From Tubulanus polymorphus (lineage: Eukaryota > Animalia > Nemertea), in assembly GCF_964204645.1 (NCBI RefSeq), contig NC_134029.1, positions 1,612,001 to 1,676,000 on the forward strand: a stretch of 64,000 bases of DNA. The letters run 5' to 3'. Below are positions 1 to 13,255 of the stretch, piece after piece. The position numbers and the translations under genes were made by a program. Every line of letters starts with the position of its first letter. The first letter of the stretch is position 1. The notes under the pieces are model-generated. The model worked only from the letters and a program-made list of their open reading frames with translations. It searched no databases and was not told the DNA's origin.

Positions 1-67
1 GTTTTTCAATTTGTGGGTTTTCTGCAATAGATTATCAAATATAGTAGAATGTTATCAGTGTACATAC

Positions 68-104
68 CTGCTTTATCAGATAATGAACAATATGAAAACT
101 TCAT
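68..104 (-). CDS. Putative first coding exon (MKFSYCSLSDKA) of an unidentified gene continuing off the left edge
   Basis: Exon 68-107 is bounded by tatttcag acceptor and GTATGT donor, with ATG at 104; an X-box lies about 140 bp upstream. Too short to identify. Confidence 0.3.
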
Positions 105-239
105 CTACTGAAATACATATATATATCCCACACCGCTATATAGAATATATCCTGAATTTGATGAGTTAAAACGACTTGTTTTTCTCAGCGTTCTGTTTCC
201 TTATAACGCACGCAACCAACACTAGCGATTATCATGTGA

Positions 240-259
240 CACGTGGTTACCATAGAAAC
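240..259. promoter_or_regulatory. E-box (CACGTG) abutting an RFX X-box (GTTACCATAGAAAC)
   Basis: Close match to the X-box consensus GTTNCCATGGNAAC at 246-259; CACGTG at 240-245. Confidence 0.55.
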
Positions 260-1012
260 AAAACTGCCGTTAAATGAAAAGACGCCACACCCAGGGTCGA
301 GTGATTACTAAATTTATATAACTATATGAAATTCGATCGATTATGAGTTTATTTTGACTGTCTCTGAATAAATGTACTTAAAATACTTGAAGTCTGGTAA
401 ACAAAAGATGGATAGTAACACTTCTTAAAGTTTTCATTTTCTCCAATCATGAAATTACGACTAAAAAAGGACTGATGATAAAAACACTTTATAATTCTGA
501 ATCCAAATACTCCTTTTAATAAGAAATCTTCCTACTCATAAATCATTGATTTGTAAAATAACTTCTACTGAAAATTATTGAATATATATTGTAGGCCTAC
601 CTAGGAGTACTACTCCAAGCTGTAAGATTGTACGTACTATTGTTGTTTGTCCCTGAACTGTCGAAGACCTTAAAACTGACACAGCCGAAACTGTTATTGA
701 AAACAAAAACACTTTTGCTTTGAATGAAAGATTCACCGCATTGAATTGATTTTTCCTCTTTAAAAACGGCATTTTGAATCAAGACAAAGTTCAATCATAC
801 ATCTGTACTTGTTAATATTGCCTGAAGCAAATAGCGGAATCAACTCGAGTTTAATCTATGTAAAGATTTGACCTGTGAAATGAATAAGGATTTCAAATGC
901 AGCAATAGACAGAACGAGCTCACAGCTAGATTAGTAAAATCTATTCATGATATACCATATTTCTGTTTAACTAGACCCAGTCACTGTATCAAACCTTATA
1001 TACTCGATACGG

Positions 1013-2483
1013 TCAAACTACGTAAATTCCTGAAAGAAGCTTTTGAACCTCTGTATCCGACTATACCACAAAATCACTACATCATCATTATTACAGCTAT
1101 CATATTTTGTGTTACATGATCCACTATACTTTGTACAAAGTTGGACAAAGTTACAATAAAATGAAATGAAATAAGATTGTGAGGTATGTGATGATGAATT
1201 GGACAAAGATCATCTTGTATCATCAATATCACCACATAATTTTCAATACACATTCTAGAAATTTCTACTCCAGCTGAAATATATCAAATATTGAATTGTG
1301 GATGACTTTATCCATTTGAGTATAAGTACCGCTGCAGTCTAGATGTAGCTCTGAATAAACAATCTAATGAATAACAAATTCCATTGTACAAAATTCAATG
1401 CCTTTTGCATCTAATATTCATCTCTGGGTTAAACCGGTATACTAGAAAAACAATCATCATAAATGTGTCAGAATTATTTGCAATTAAACCCTTAAAACTC
1501 AACTCACTTGAAATTCTGGTATAGAATTCATATTGCCTGTGTGTGTGTGTACATTGCATATCAAACATATAAATGATAAGTAAATATATTCAAATACACG
1601 TCTGTCGTAGTCGTCGTCAGACATGTCGACATTTTGGGTCAAGTCTCTATAATTAACCTATAATATCTATATTTAACATGAATCTTATTTACTGTGATTT
1701 GTCACAATAATTACAGCAGTAATAACAGCCAGCCTCACAGTAGCAGCAGCAGCAGCAGCAGCGGCAGTAGAACAGTCTACCTATATTCATAACAAATTAT
1801 CTTTGAAAAATAATTTACGACCAAATTCAGCACAACAGATTACCGAGTTCAGGTATAAGCTTTTAAATTCTTTTTGCTCGTTCTACATGAATACCATATC
1901 ACAATATAAACTTCATAGATGTTAATTCAGATTTGATATGATATGAACATTCAATTCTATAAACCAATAGATGTCTAGTTCTGAAGAATTTATCACTTAC
2001 TACATATTCTGTAAAACTTCTTACCTCAGTTCCCTGTACTGCATTTTCCTGAACCTTAGTTTCTAGAACTTCTGTTTCTAGAACTTTAGATTCGTGAACT
2101 TCAGTTTCTAGAACTTTAGATTCGTGAACTTCAGTTTCTAGAACTTTAGATTCGTGAACTTCATTTTCTAGAAATTTAGATTCGTGAACTTCATTTTCTA
2201 GAACTTTAGATTCATGAACTTCATTTTCCAGAACTTTAGATTCGTGAACTTCAGTTTCTAGAGTTTTAGATTCCTGAACTTCAGTTCGCTGAAGTCCAGT
2301 TTGTTGAAGCTCAGTTCCTCGAACCTTTTCTTGAACCTCATTCTCTAGAACTTCAGTTTCACAGACCACTGTTTCTAAAACCTCAGTCTCTTGGACTTCG
2401 TCAATCTGAACGCCAGTTGCTTGAAATTCAGTTTGTTGAACCTGAATGTATTGGTTCGGTTTCGATGACCATAAGCAGCCCAT
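1013..2483 (-). CDS. Unassigned acidic tandem-repeat protein with N-terminal MGC motif (putative myristoylation/palmitoylation), possibly completed by micro-exons
   Basis: ACAATGG start at 2483 with an in-frame upstream stop; 153 codons to a strong GAG|GTAAGA donor at 2025. Candidate AG/GT-bounded exons 1800-1781, 1646-1600, 1350-1330 and 1029-1013 chain without stops (IICYEYRDLTQNVDMSDDDYDRQLHLDCSGIYVV*). Unspliced, the ORF ends at 1899. Confidence 0.45.
2061..2290 (-). repeat. Coding minisatellite, 30-nt unit (E(T/N)EVHESKVL) x about 7, on a degenerate 15-nt periodicity
   Basis: Repeated tctagaactttagattcgtgaacttcagtt on the + strand. Confidence 0.9.
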
Positions 2484-3370
2484 TGTGAACGAGAGATGTT
2501 TTTAAACGCAGCTTAAAATGTCAATATATGTGTATCCAATACTGTAATCCCAAAATCGATTTGATGTTTAATCCTGATAAAGGTTTAAACATACATTCAT
2601 TAACTCGAAAGTTTCTCAATTCCTCATCTGTAGGAATGACGTTCAGTCATATCCATAGAAATGTTCACTGTAGTTTTTGTTATATTGAGAGATCAGTGAT
2701 TAATATGTTGTGTTTCCACTGAATCAAACTCAACAACTCTCAACAATCGCTGAAGTTTTCTTTGCGTAATTAACGAATAAGGATAAAAACGGGATGAAAT
2801 ATGACAGCATCCTTACTGCTGCTGCTGCTGTACCAGATATAAACTATCCCAACACCGTGTGGCGAATATTATCAAATTCCTCGAATCACTTCCTGAATGT
2901 TAAACTATGCGTCCAAACAATTTACACAGAATCTAATATACAAACTACGATTGAACTCAATAAACATCATCGATGTTTAGTTCATCATGATTTAGAGAAT
3001 TTAGATATCTATAAGTTATGATATAGAAAACTTGTAAGATGACTCAGATTCTCATCGAATGTCTAGACAAAATATCTATCTGCCCTTACGTCCCCTCTCT
3101 CTCTCTCTAACTCTCTCATTAAATTCAGAATCATAGGAAAAATATCAATATGTGGAGTGCTGTTAATGTCATGTAAAACACCAGTTTATTGTTTGAACGT
3201 AACTATTGACCTCTTCATTTCAACGGAGACTGAAGCTCAGACAAATCAGTGTCATTAAAGAGGCGTCTATCGTCATCTCATTGAAAATCAGCTGAATATT
3301 CATCGATGAGATGTTATTGACGTTATAAAGAACCCGGAGATTGAACCAGGTCTATCATAGATACCTTCGA

Positions 3371-4568
3371 TTAGCAAAACTTCCCCTGAAATATCGCTTA
3401 ACGTTTGACGCGAAAACTATGACAACCAACGTTAAGATCATCAATCTCGCGTACATTGAATCTGAAAACAATGTCTCGAAATAGACACATTAAAAACCAA
3501 CCTGGAATGTTCGAATATGGACGGTTTCCATTGAGACAGAAGTTTCATTAGGTTTATTGATGACGGCGGGATCGTTAGAAACCTGAGCAGCAGTAGATAC
3601 AAATACACTATCAGCTGACATACACCGTGTAGGCTGCTTCTTACTCGATTTACGTAATCTAAATTAAAAAACATTTCATATTAGTTTATATGAACTAACT
3701 AGAAAATGGGAAAGCTCTTTTCCGGAGGGCTGAGGGTGAGTCTGCATGTTGCCATTACGCTTTATGGTGCGCCACTATACAATTGCAAGCCAGGGGTCAA
3801 ACTGAAAGTGTTTAAGTTACTTCATACACAGAGGACCATTCAAAATGACCGATCTAAGCAGATTCTCTTTCATAGTGACAACGCACAGATTTTCTGGTCT
3901 CCTGAAGTTTGTTGAAGTTTGTGTTGGTTCTGCTGTAAATCTATGCTAATAAATGATCTTTCAACCGAAATAATCAATTAACTTTCAGTTTTTATCTTAA
4001 CATTTTAACAATAGGATTTCAGTTTATTATAAAATAGAGCAATATTTGAATAGTTTTCGTACCTTGAAAATGGTTTAAATGAATGTTGTTTATGATCGTC
4101 GTGTTTAATGAGATCCGATGTTGATTTCGGACGGACGGATACCGGAACGATTTGTGATGATTCGTTCGCCGGATCATCTTTACTCGGCAAACGGGATTTA
4201 CGACCACGAAACGTGAATAAACGACGTAATCCTCGTAATCCTTTAAATTTCTTTCTTTTCTCGTGAACGCCCACTTCTGAAAAACAACAAAAAAGTTGAA
4301 ACCAAAAGAAATTTAGATCATTATGCAAAGATAACAAGGAGAATTATCAGCGCGGCCGGATAAAAGTTCGCATCAACATAGAATTTTAATACATTCATCT
4401 GTTTATTTCTCGCTACTTAAAATAAATGACAAGATGCAAATTTCTCAATCACAATCAAAATGATCATCTAATTCGTATATTCTAACACATACCTTCTTGA
4501 TCATACGTGATCATATCAGCAGACGATGCTGATGACGTCGATGTCGTAACTCTTAATTTGTCTTTCAT
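3371..4568 (-). CDS. CRACD/KIAA1211-family (DUF4592-like) N-terminal fragment, apparently truncated (about 153 aa); possible pseudogene
   Basis: Phase-consistent exons 4568-4493, 4276-4063 and 3658-3502 give MKDKLR...KRKKFKGLRGLRRLF...TRCMSADSVFV...SMETV, resembling the CRACDL KKKSKFKTFKKFF and RALSHDSIFI motifs. The next candidate exon (3385-3365) gives GKFC-stop. Confidence 0.55.
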
Positions 4569-7305
4569 TTTTCCTTATTTACATTTAAACGATTTCTAAA
4601 AATACATAAAAATCCCCACTATTTATAGATAATTTTGCATTTATCTAAATATTTCAGGCAATTCCTTCCAGAGAATTGACAGCAGATCTAAGCTGAATGC
4701 CTCCCGACAACTTACTGAATATATAGTAATTCTATAATAGGTCAAGATTAAATTCTTTCAGAAATTACTATAGATTTAACATTCTCTGGATATTTAAAAT
4801 GGTGTCAATTTGACGGCTCTTGTCTCGGTTATTTTCCTAACACATTAGATCTTTATTCTAGTTTGAATAGCGTATTATAAGAAGCTTGTAGATTTTCATA
4901 GGTATAATTAATTACAACCACATGAAATACAAAACTCAGGTCACAGAATTATATACAGTTTGGTGCAGATTATTTCATTGAAGCGAAATCTGACAATTAA
5001 ACACTTAAAATTCAAAAGCTTGAATAATCAACTTATAAATGGTCATCATTGCATTCAATGATGGCTGTTAGAAAACAGCCAAATGTTAGGTCCCAATATA
5101 CATTTTGAATTTCGAGAAAGATTTTCAGTCAAATATCAGATTTTGCTTTTTTCAAGGATACGTTTCTATAGTCCATACACAACAACCTTTATCTAGTCTA
5201 CATTTGTTTTAAAAAGTACAGGAACAGACAGATTGTAGTAGACCTGGTTACCTATAAACAAATAATACCTGATTAAAACTGTTTTTTCCAGTGAAAAGTA
5301 ATTCATTCATCCCTGAAACTACATCAGCATGAATTCACACATAATACTGAACTCCTGTCGAAACAATTTCAGAAAGTCATGAATACAATAAATAAACCCC
5401 CGCTATTTCTAATATACGTCAACTGTCAAACAGGACTTTACAATAAAAACTGTGCCATGTTTTATGTCTGGAGAATCATGAATTGATTATTATTCTGTAT
5501 GTAAGACAAATATCAAAGAGCCCTCAAAAATATGCTAATGGTTTAATATCGTTGATGAAAATATGAATAGCAAAAAATTAATCAGTCAAAAAATGTGAGA
5601 AAGAAAAAGTTCATTTCAAAGTTCAGTGCCAATAGTTTCAATGATGAATTTTCTAGCTACGCAATAGATGAGGTTATTTACCTGTAGCAACCAGCAGTGA
5701 CCGTTGCAGTGAATGTATTAATAAGACATGATTTTACACGCAGTCACACATCCACGCACAGGAGTGAGTTGTTGCTAGGAATTCACTGAACATTGAGATT
5801 GCGTGATAAAAATTAATTGAATATCACTGTGTACGAGACACTGTTACACTATAGACCCAGTACTGTTCATTATAAACATGACATATTACTGTAGATACTG
5901 TATTGAATAACACGATACTGTATTGAATAACACGCTGCAGTATCAGGTTACGATAACACCTATTCATATTCTATTCTTACTTATTAAAAATCTTCAAATA
6001 GATTATAACAATACTATCCAGAATAATGTTTCATTTACGAACAAACGGGGCCCATGAAAATCATAACCTTCCTCACATTCACAGTAGGTCCTGCTACCAA
6101 AAGATTTGACTAAGAGCGAATCTGATCATTTATAGAAGGCCTATATGAACAGTTCATGTTCATTTAGGTTTTAGGTAAATTGTTAATTACAAACTATGTT
6201 CCAATTAATTGAAATTAAACATATGTCATCAATTTACTAATTTTGTAAGTTCCATGTAGGCCCTATTCCATTTGTGATTTAATATTCTCTTTAGGCCTAA
6301 TTGATGATGGAATAAATATTATTACTATTATCATTATCATTATACACTTATTACTGACGTCAAAAGATCTACCTGGTTCTAAAAGTGTGTCAAATCCTTA
6401 CTGATATACTGTGTTAAGAGTGTTTGAAATAAATTCATATCTATCCAATATTCAAAATAACTCCACTGCACAACAGCACATATCTATATACCCAGCACAA
6501 ATAAATTTAAAAAATACAGCCAGTCATTGTTTCATTAGTTCAATGTAAGTTCACACCCTAAATGATATACACAACGAAAATACATTAAAAATGTGTGTCA
6601 TTCGGGTATCATTGATGACAATCAGGACTAAGGGTTTTATTTCAGCATTCAGCAGTTTAGGGCTTGAGCTGTTAAATACTGTCTAGGATAGAAACACTTT
6701 GGAAGCAATCCACCTGTTAGATCTAAATTTTTGGACTACGTTTTAGGAATGCAGAATTATCTATATATTCAAGAGGAGCCCATTCATGGTTAAATTGAAT
6801 GAAAGTTTTCCCCATGGCTGAACCTAGGTCCGTGCTTCAACGCACGCACGGACAAACAACCATTTAGTCTATCAATCAATGAACCATTGAATGATTGGTA
6901 GTAAGTCACTTTAAATTAAAACCCTGAAAATAATTGTTTGTCAAGTTGTTAATTTCTTGGTTTCTATACCTGTATTTATTTCACATGTAATTCTCGCGTG
7001 CGATCCTGTTAATGTTAGACCCATCATTATTCAAAAAATAATCATCTGTTCGTTTGTTTTGACATTTCTATGCACACGAATCGATATTAAATCGCATAAC
7101 CCTGACCCTGATTCGGCGCACGTCACTTTCGATTCCACGCTGAGTAAGATAGCGAAAACGGCCACCGACGTACTACCTTTAGTCATAGCTAAATTTACTT
7201 CCGTGTTTGCGTAGAAAAGAAGAAAATTATCTCTAAACTTCTTTTTTAGACTTAAAATCGATTGACAAGCGTTTTAACCATCGCCCCTGTTAAAATAAAC
7301 ACACA

Positions 7306-8682
7306 ATGAGCAGGTAGCAAAAATAGATTGATGTTTATATTCCTCTAATTGATGTAGAATTACAAAAAATATCGACCAATTCAATTCAATGCATTTTACT
7401 GCCGTTTCAATTAAACGCTCAATCAATTTTATTTTTCAGAATTAACGCATTCATCTCCGCTGAATGTTTATTTAATGTTTTGCCGAAAGAAATGATTAAT
7501 GGTATATTTGAATAGTAAGAAATTATGGAAATGATAATTTCCTTTTCAGTTTTAAGTTTACAATTGATAAACAGTGGGATTCTACAGATGTTAATCACGA
7601 TAAACGAGTTGAAATATCATTAGAACCTTCGACAGATAACAACAGTGGTTCGCTGATCATTAAAATCACAGCTCCTTTCTTCGATGATCCCGCCAGACCT
7701 GATGGTGAACCGGGAGAACCTTTCCCACAGCTCTGGGATTATGAAGGTATCATATTAGACCACTTGACCAATAATCAACTACCGGTACAGTATGCAATAT
7801 CTACTTCAATTATTCAGGAAAAGATATTCATTTTTTCTTCATTTCGATTTCAGTTGTTGAAGTATTTTTCCTCGGAGATGATGAAAAATATTTGGAAGTT
7901 GAACTTTCTCCGTAAGTTTACGACATTGTCAGAGAAAACCTCATTTCTTCCAAGTAAATGAATGAATACTATAAGCCGTTTTTGTTGTTGTAGACACGGG
8001 CAACATCTAGTGCTGTTACTGAATGGATGCAGAAAATGTTTTAAGGTAAAGAATTTTTTCTCATTTGTAGTCCACATTATCAAGTTGGGATATGGTTCCA
8101 CATTTCTTGATTACAATTTGAGTGGATCCTGATTTTTAGTGTTTGACACTGATTTAATTTCAGGATCAGCTCAGTTTAAAGTACACCGCTCGGATAGATG
8201 GTACTCAGTGGTCCGGTGAAGCTGTTTTACCAGCTGATTATTTTCCACCCAACGTCAGCAAGTTAAATGCGTACGCGATTTACGGTAGTGGAAATAACAG
8301 ACAATATGAAGCGTTGTATCCGGTACCGAAGGATCTATTTTCACAGCCAGATTTGTAAGTAGATCATTATTACGTTGAAAACTTATCCAAATCATGAATT
8401 ATAATCAGTAAATTGAATTGTGAAAATTCAAAAATAGAGCTGGACCAACAAATGTTAAGTTTCACTCTTAAGTCCAGTTTCAGCCTAAAACGGTTAAGTT
8501 TGAATTTCCATAATGGTGAATCAAATTCAAACCGTGAACTATGGTTAGGACTGGCTCCTGCTGATATTTTGTTTCTTATTTTTTATTTCAGTCATCGGTT
8601 AGAATATTTCCAGTCTATAGACTTTAAGAATTTGGTGCCTTCGACACAAAACCGATCAGACTACTGGAAGAATATAACATAG
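7306..8682 (+). CDS. C4orf33: UPF0462 protein C4orf33 homolog, 6 coding exons
   Basis: Exons 7306-7313, 7550-7746, 7854-7911, 7994-8045, 8164-8354, 8592-8682. Motifs [52 protein letters not shown] and PDFHRLEYF. Confidence 0.92.
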
Positions 8683-9512
8683 TTAATTCATCAATGAATG
8701 ATCGACTAATAAGGAAATGAGGACATTCAAGTGAAGGATATTAATAACAGTGGAAGCTCATTACAACAAACTTCAGGGGACCAGAAAATTTGTTTCTAGT
8801 ATCCGATAAATCGTTTTATCCGATGTTCTATTGCTCTTTAATGAGTCCTTGAACTTTTCAGCTGTGTCCTTGTTTGGAAGTGTATTTCTAGTCGAATAAG
8901 AATGTCTTGTATAATATCGTTGAATAACCACATCTTGCGTAAAGAATCGGGATGTGCTGCCATCTGGGAGATAATACGAACACTAATCACTGTTTACCGT
9001 CAGTTTTCTAGGACACTGTAAAATACCGGTGCTAATTACCACGACTTGTCAGACATAATTTACAAAATATTTGTTAAATATTTCCAGAACTGTAGCAAGT
9101 TATTTTTCATACCGGAATAAATAGATTTGATCAATTATCAAGAGAGTAATAAATTTCCTAGTTTTACTGACTAATGGGAGACATGTGCATCACTTCATGC
9201 ACTAATAATCATATTATTTCATATTCTTACGTAATCTAAATTTGCTGCCGTTTGAAAGATGAATTATTAACACATAAACATCAGATGGTTTGGTTGATAT
9301 TCCCAGGATTTTCATTCATTTTCCATATGAAATCAAAAATTCATAAATGACGAGCTCATTCCCGGGCATAATCAGGGTGACCACCGAATGGTAAAATAAA
9401 ATAGATGAATTTCGTGAAAAGTCTAGCAGCTTTTATCAATATCAAATCCTGGGATCAGGTGCACGACATTTTAATAAATCTGTCTCTTTTCTGGACAAAT
9501 CAATATCAATTC

Positions 9513-9591
9513 GATCCAATTCCACAGTTGTGAGTTCAGAGTTAATGAAAATAATGAACTTATCTTAACTCAAAACTGTGGAACCGGGTCC
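9513..9591. mobile_element. MITE family A (about 80-bp fold-back, GACCCAGTTCCACAGTTG...CAACTGTGGAACTGGGTC)
   Basis: Terminal inverted repeats; related copies at 13743-13823, 43324-43402, 48222-48290 (partial) and near 29993 (half). Confidence 0.75.
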
Positions 9592-10032
9592 CGAAATTCA
9601 TCATAATATTTACTGAAGAATTATTATTTCAGTAAGACCCTCATTGCTAGTGCCGGTTTATGCATTCTTCACAATAAAATGAATCCATAATCTATTTGGA
9701 AATGTTGTCAATTCATTCGATTTGTTCAGTATTTCGATTAAGTGATGAATATAAATATCATTATTGATATTTGGGTGGAGTCAAATAGACACACAGACAG
9801 ACACACACAGATTACTCATTGTACTCGGTGTGAGTGAGAGACTGGTAATCTAAGACAGTCGTAATCTGCGCTCATTGTTTTCGATTTAGAATATCAACGA
9901 GGCAGTGTTTGAATCTATAAACTCCACTCTAGTTTTCACGCGAGTTTTAACTCGCTGCTACTCACAATGATTAGCGGTAAATCAGTGAGATGATGTCTCC
10001 ACGCCATCGTTATAATACTCTATATCGGTTAA

Positions 10033-10050
10033 CTGTTACCATGGTAACAG
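10033..10050. promoter_or_regulatory. Perfect palindromic RFX X-box CTGTTACCATGGTAACAG
   Basis: 18-bp perfect palindrome containing the X-box consensus, within a locally CpG-rich stretch. Confidence 0.7.
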
Positions 10051-10673
10051 ATTCTACATCCATCGTCGTCGTCGTCGGTTTAAGCAGACGGGTTGACGTC
10101 GTCTGTCTCTCCTCGCGCCGCAGACGGACACAGGAAATAGATTTTTAAAATTGTAATCATGAACTTCGGGCCAGAGACTGTGAAAAACACGTTCAGGTAA
10201 TTTCCGTTCGATTAATTAGATCGGAGAATTAGCGGTACCTACCTAAAAAATTGATCAGAAGGGTCCCAGCCGGCGAGGTGTAGGATACAGACAATAACAA
10301 CTATACGTGTATATATATAACAATTTGTATTGATGCGTGACATAATTTAGTTTTGTGTTAAAAAAATTTGTTTTTAAGAATGAAACATGAATGATTTGAA
10401 CACTGTCCAGACAGTGATTGGACAGTTCGGGAAGAGGAGGACATTATCAGGAAATATTCTTACGCAGTTTAATCAGGTTCTACATGAACTCGTCGTATGA
10501 AGAGGCACCTCAAACATAAATATATTAGAAATATTAATTACCAATTAACAATTAGAGATACACTGTAAACATGTAATATTGAATGGGGCAACGTTGAATG
10601 AATGATGTAGTGTATTTCTATTACATTGTAGCCATAACTAACAATAAAGGCTGAACCTAAAACAGGTATCAAT

Positions 10674-10821
10674 CTGGGCCGGGTCTCATAGACTGGGTAT
10701 CAAAGCTACCCCTAGAGGTAAATTAAACATCATAATAACAATGAAAACCATGGTAATAACTGATAAAATTTCAAAATGCTTCAAGGATATTTTGCTCCAA
10801 CGTCTATGCAACTGAGCCCTG
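10674..10821. mobile_element. MITE family C (Harbinger-like), CTG target duplication
   Basis: CTG|GGCCGGGTCTCATAGAC...GTCTATGCAACTGAGCC|CTG; internal sequence shared with 23370-23534. Confidence 0.75.
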
Positions 10822-11750
10822 GTGTCTACACCTCCTCACACTTTCAATACTTTATCACCATTCTTGCAATTTCATTGATTAAACATAAATTGAATTAAGA
10901 AGAAATTAAGTCAATTTAATAGTAAAATCTTTTATAAAAATGGGCCCAGGACTGAGGATTGATACCTGCCATTGATTACACACATTATCAAAAACTTTGC
11001 TCAAAGTTTTTCTTTTTAAAATAAACCATCAGTTGAACACATGAGAGTAAAAGATTAATCATGATTTGAATTTTCGATGAAAACAATCTTTAACAACGAA
11101 TAATTGAAATACGCCGCATTGAACAAAATCAATTCCGTCGACATTAAACTATTATAAATAATTTCTTCGTTATAGCACATTTTGAGCAGGTCAACGTTTA
11201 TCTCGTTCATATACCTTGCATGTTAAAATTATTTTTCACATAATAAAATAATAATATCAATCATACTGTTAATAATAATAATTAATAATAGTAATAATAA
11301 TACATTTAGCTGTACAGAACATGAAATGACATATTTACAATGATGATAAAACTGACTAATGTTGTACTGACACATTTTTACAGAATTCATGGCAGAGTTT
11401 TTTCTTTAAAGATTTTTTTTTAATAAAAAAGAAAGAAGTTGACACAGCTCTACACGGAAAGAGGAGAGAGAGAGAGAGATACAAGTTCATAAATGGATAA
11501 ATAAGTATAGGGAGCAAAACAACTGATACTACTGAAGAAACTACCGATATTAATGTATCCAGTCGTGAACTGGTTAAACTAAAAGTTAGGGTTCTATTTA
11601 TGATTTATCCATGGACTGGATACTCCACAGTCTAACAGATATGGCAGGTCATTTTGGACTAGTCTCATAATTTACATCAGTAAATCAAAAACAGATTCAG
11701 ATTGAAATGAAATACTAATAATCAACTTAAGACTTCTATTCCAGTTTGTT

Positions 11751-12082
11751 CAGGACTCTGTTCCACATTTGCAAGTTTAGTTAGTACGCAACGCATCGAG
11801 TTAAATTTCAATTACATTCAAACTTACGATAATTACATCACAAAAGTCCTCAGTATTTTGAGTACTAATTTGTGTATACAATGCAATTGTCTAAGTGTAA
11901 GTCATCATTGGGATATGTCTTCATATCACTCTGGACTCCCAATTCGCATTTCTAATTCAATTATTTGACTTGTAACTCGTTATTTTGATAAGTCATCAAC
12001 ATAATGATTGTCACAAATAAACGATTTAGGTTCGAGTTTAACTGTATTTAACTCATAGTCAAATCTGTGGAACGGAGTCCTG
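11751..12082. mobile_element. About 330-bp non-autonomous TIR element related to MITE family A
   Basis: CAGGACTCTGTTCCACA...TGTGGAACGGAGTCCTG terminal inverted repeat. Confidence 0.7.
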
Positions 12083-13255
12083 TTTTTTTTTCATCTCAAA
12101 TCTGAGCAGCAAAAGTCAGTAGTAACGATTTAACGGTTTCATACTAATAAATGCAATGAAAGTGAATAAGCTAATTATTAGTAAAATGATTTCATTGAAG
12201 GGGATGCAGCGAACGAAGTACAGCGTTTTTTATCGTTCTTCATCGCGATGATTGATATCTTTTAAACAGGAATCGATGAATGATGATTCTACCGTAACGA
12301 GAAGAAATGGCGAGGAATACGGTTAATAATTTGCCGAATGATTTCATTAATCGATAATGTTACGTTGTTTAAGTTTGAAGTGATGATTATCTGCACCCGA
12401 AGCCGCAATGAATTGCGATAGATGCTTTACAAGCTTTAATCATATTCCAAGTAAAATAAGAATTAGGAATTCGCTGGAGCAGTCCGCACCGAGATATATT
12501 TCGATCCCGCAGCTGCTGCTCTGTTTATCCGCCATCGTTCGCGTATTCCAATCATCTATTTTGTTTGACTGGTCACCGATGATCACTCTCTGAAAATCCG
12601 GATGTAGGTCAGCCCTGTGACTGTCAGCGACTCGGTGCAATGCGATATTCTCCGCGACCACCGGCGATGATCCGCTGACATGTAATACATTGATAAAACA
12701 CTATATCCGCATTGTGACGATAGTCTATAGAGAATCTCACAATAATAACAAAAAAATAATATCATATCATGTCCGAAAATGTATCTCGAGGTAGTAGTTT
12801 ATTCGCTGACGAGACTATTAGTCGAAACGTCGAATAAAATACTACCTCATGAAACATTTTTGGATTTTATATCATTTTTTCATTATCATTGCGGAAATTC
12901 CCTACACATGAGTTGTACTTTCTGCAACGCGACACAACTGTCTCTCAATCACAACCGACCTTAACTCTTCTCATGATTGACTAGTCTGGCGATCACGTTC
13001 ATTTGTGACCAGATACAACTGATCGCGTCACTGACAGTCGCTAGTTCACCTACACTCGGCTTAAGTGCGCTAAAACGTAAATCTTACTTTTCGAATCCGT
13101 TAACACATAATAATAACACCGAAATAACACTGTAAGGTTGCTTTAAACGCTGAGGTCTGATTCTCTGCGACTCTAGATGCAGCGGGTGAATTATTCATCC
13201 TCACTCGCGTGGCAGTAAGTTAAACCCGCCGGCTTTTTTCCGCGCGAATTATTTT

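Noticed and set aside
4600-7250. Coding gene between the CRACD-like fragment and C4orf33 (including ORF 6957-7214)
   Set aside because: No supported ORF or exon chain; probably promoter, UTR exons and intron.
12408-12964. Short ORFs downstream of the RING gene as extra coding exons
   Set aside because: The gene already ends at TGA 13256; no recognisable motif or convincing splice chain; likely 3' UTR.
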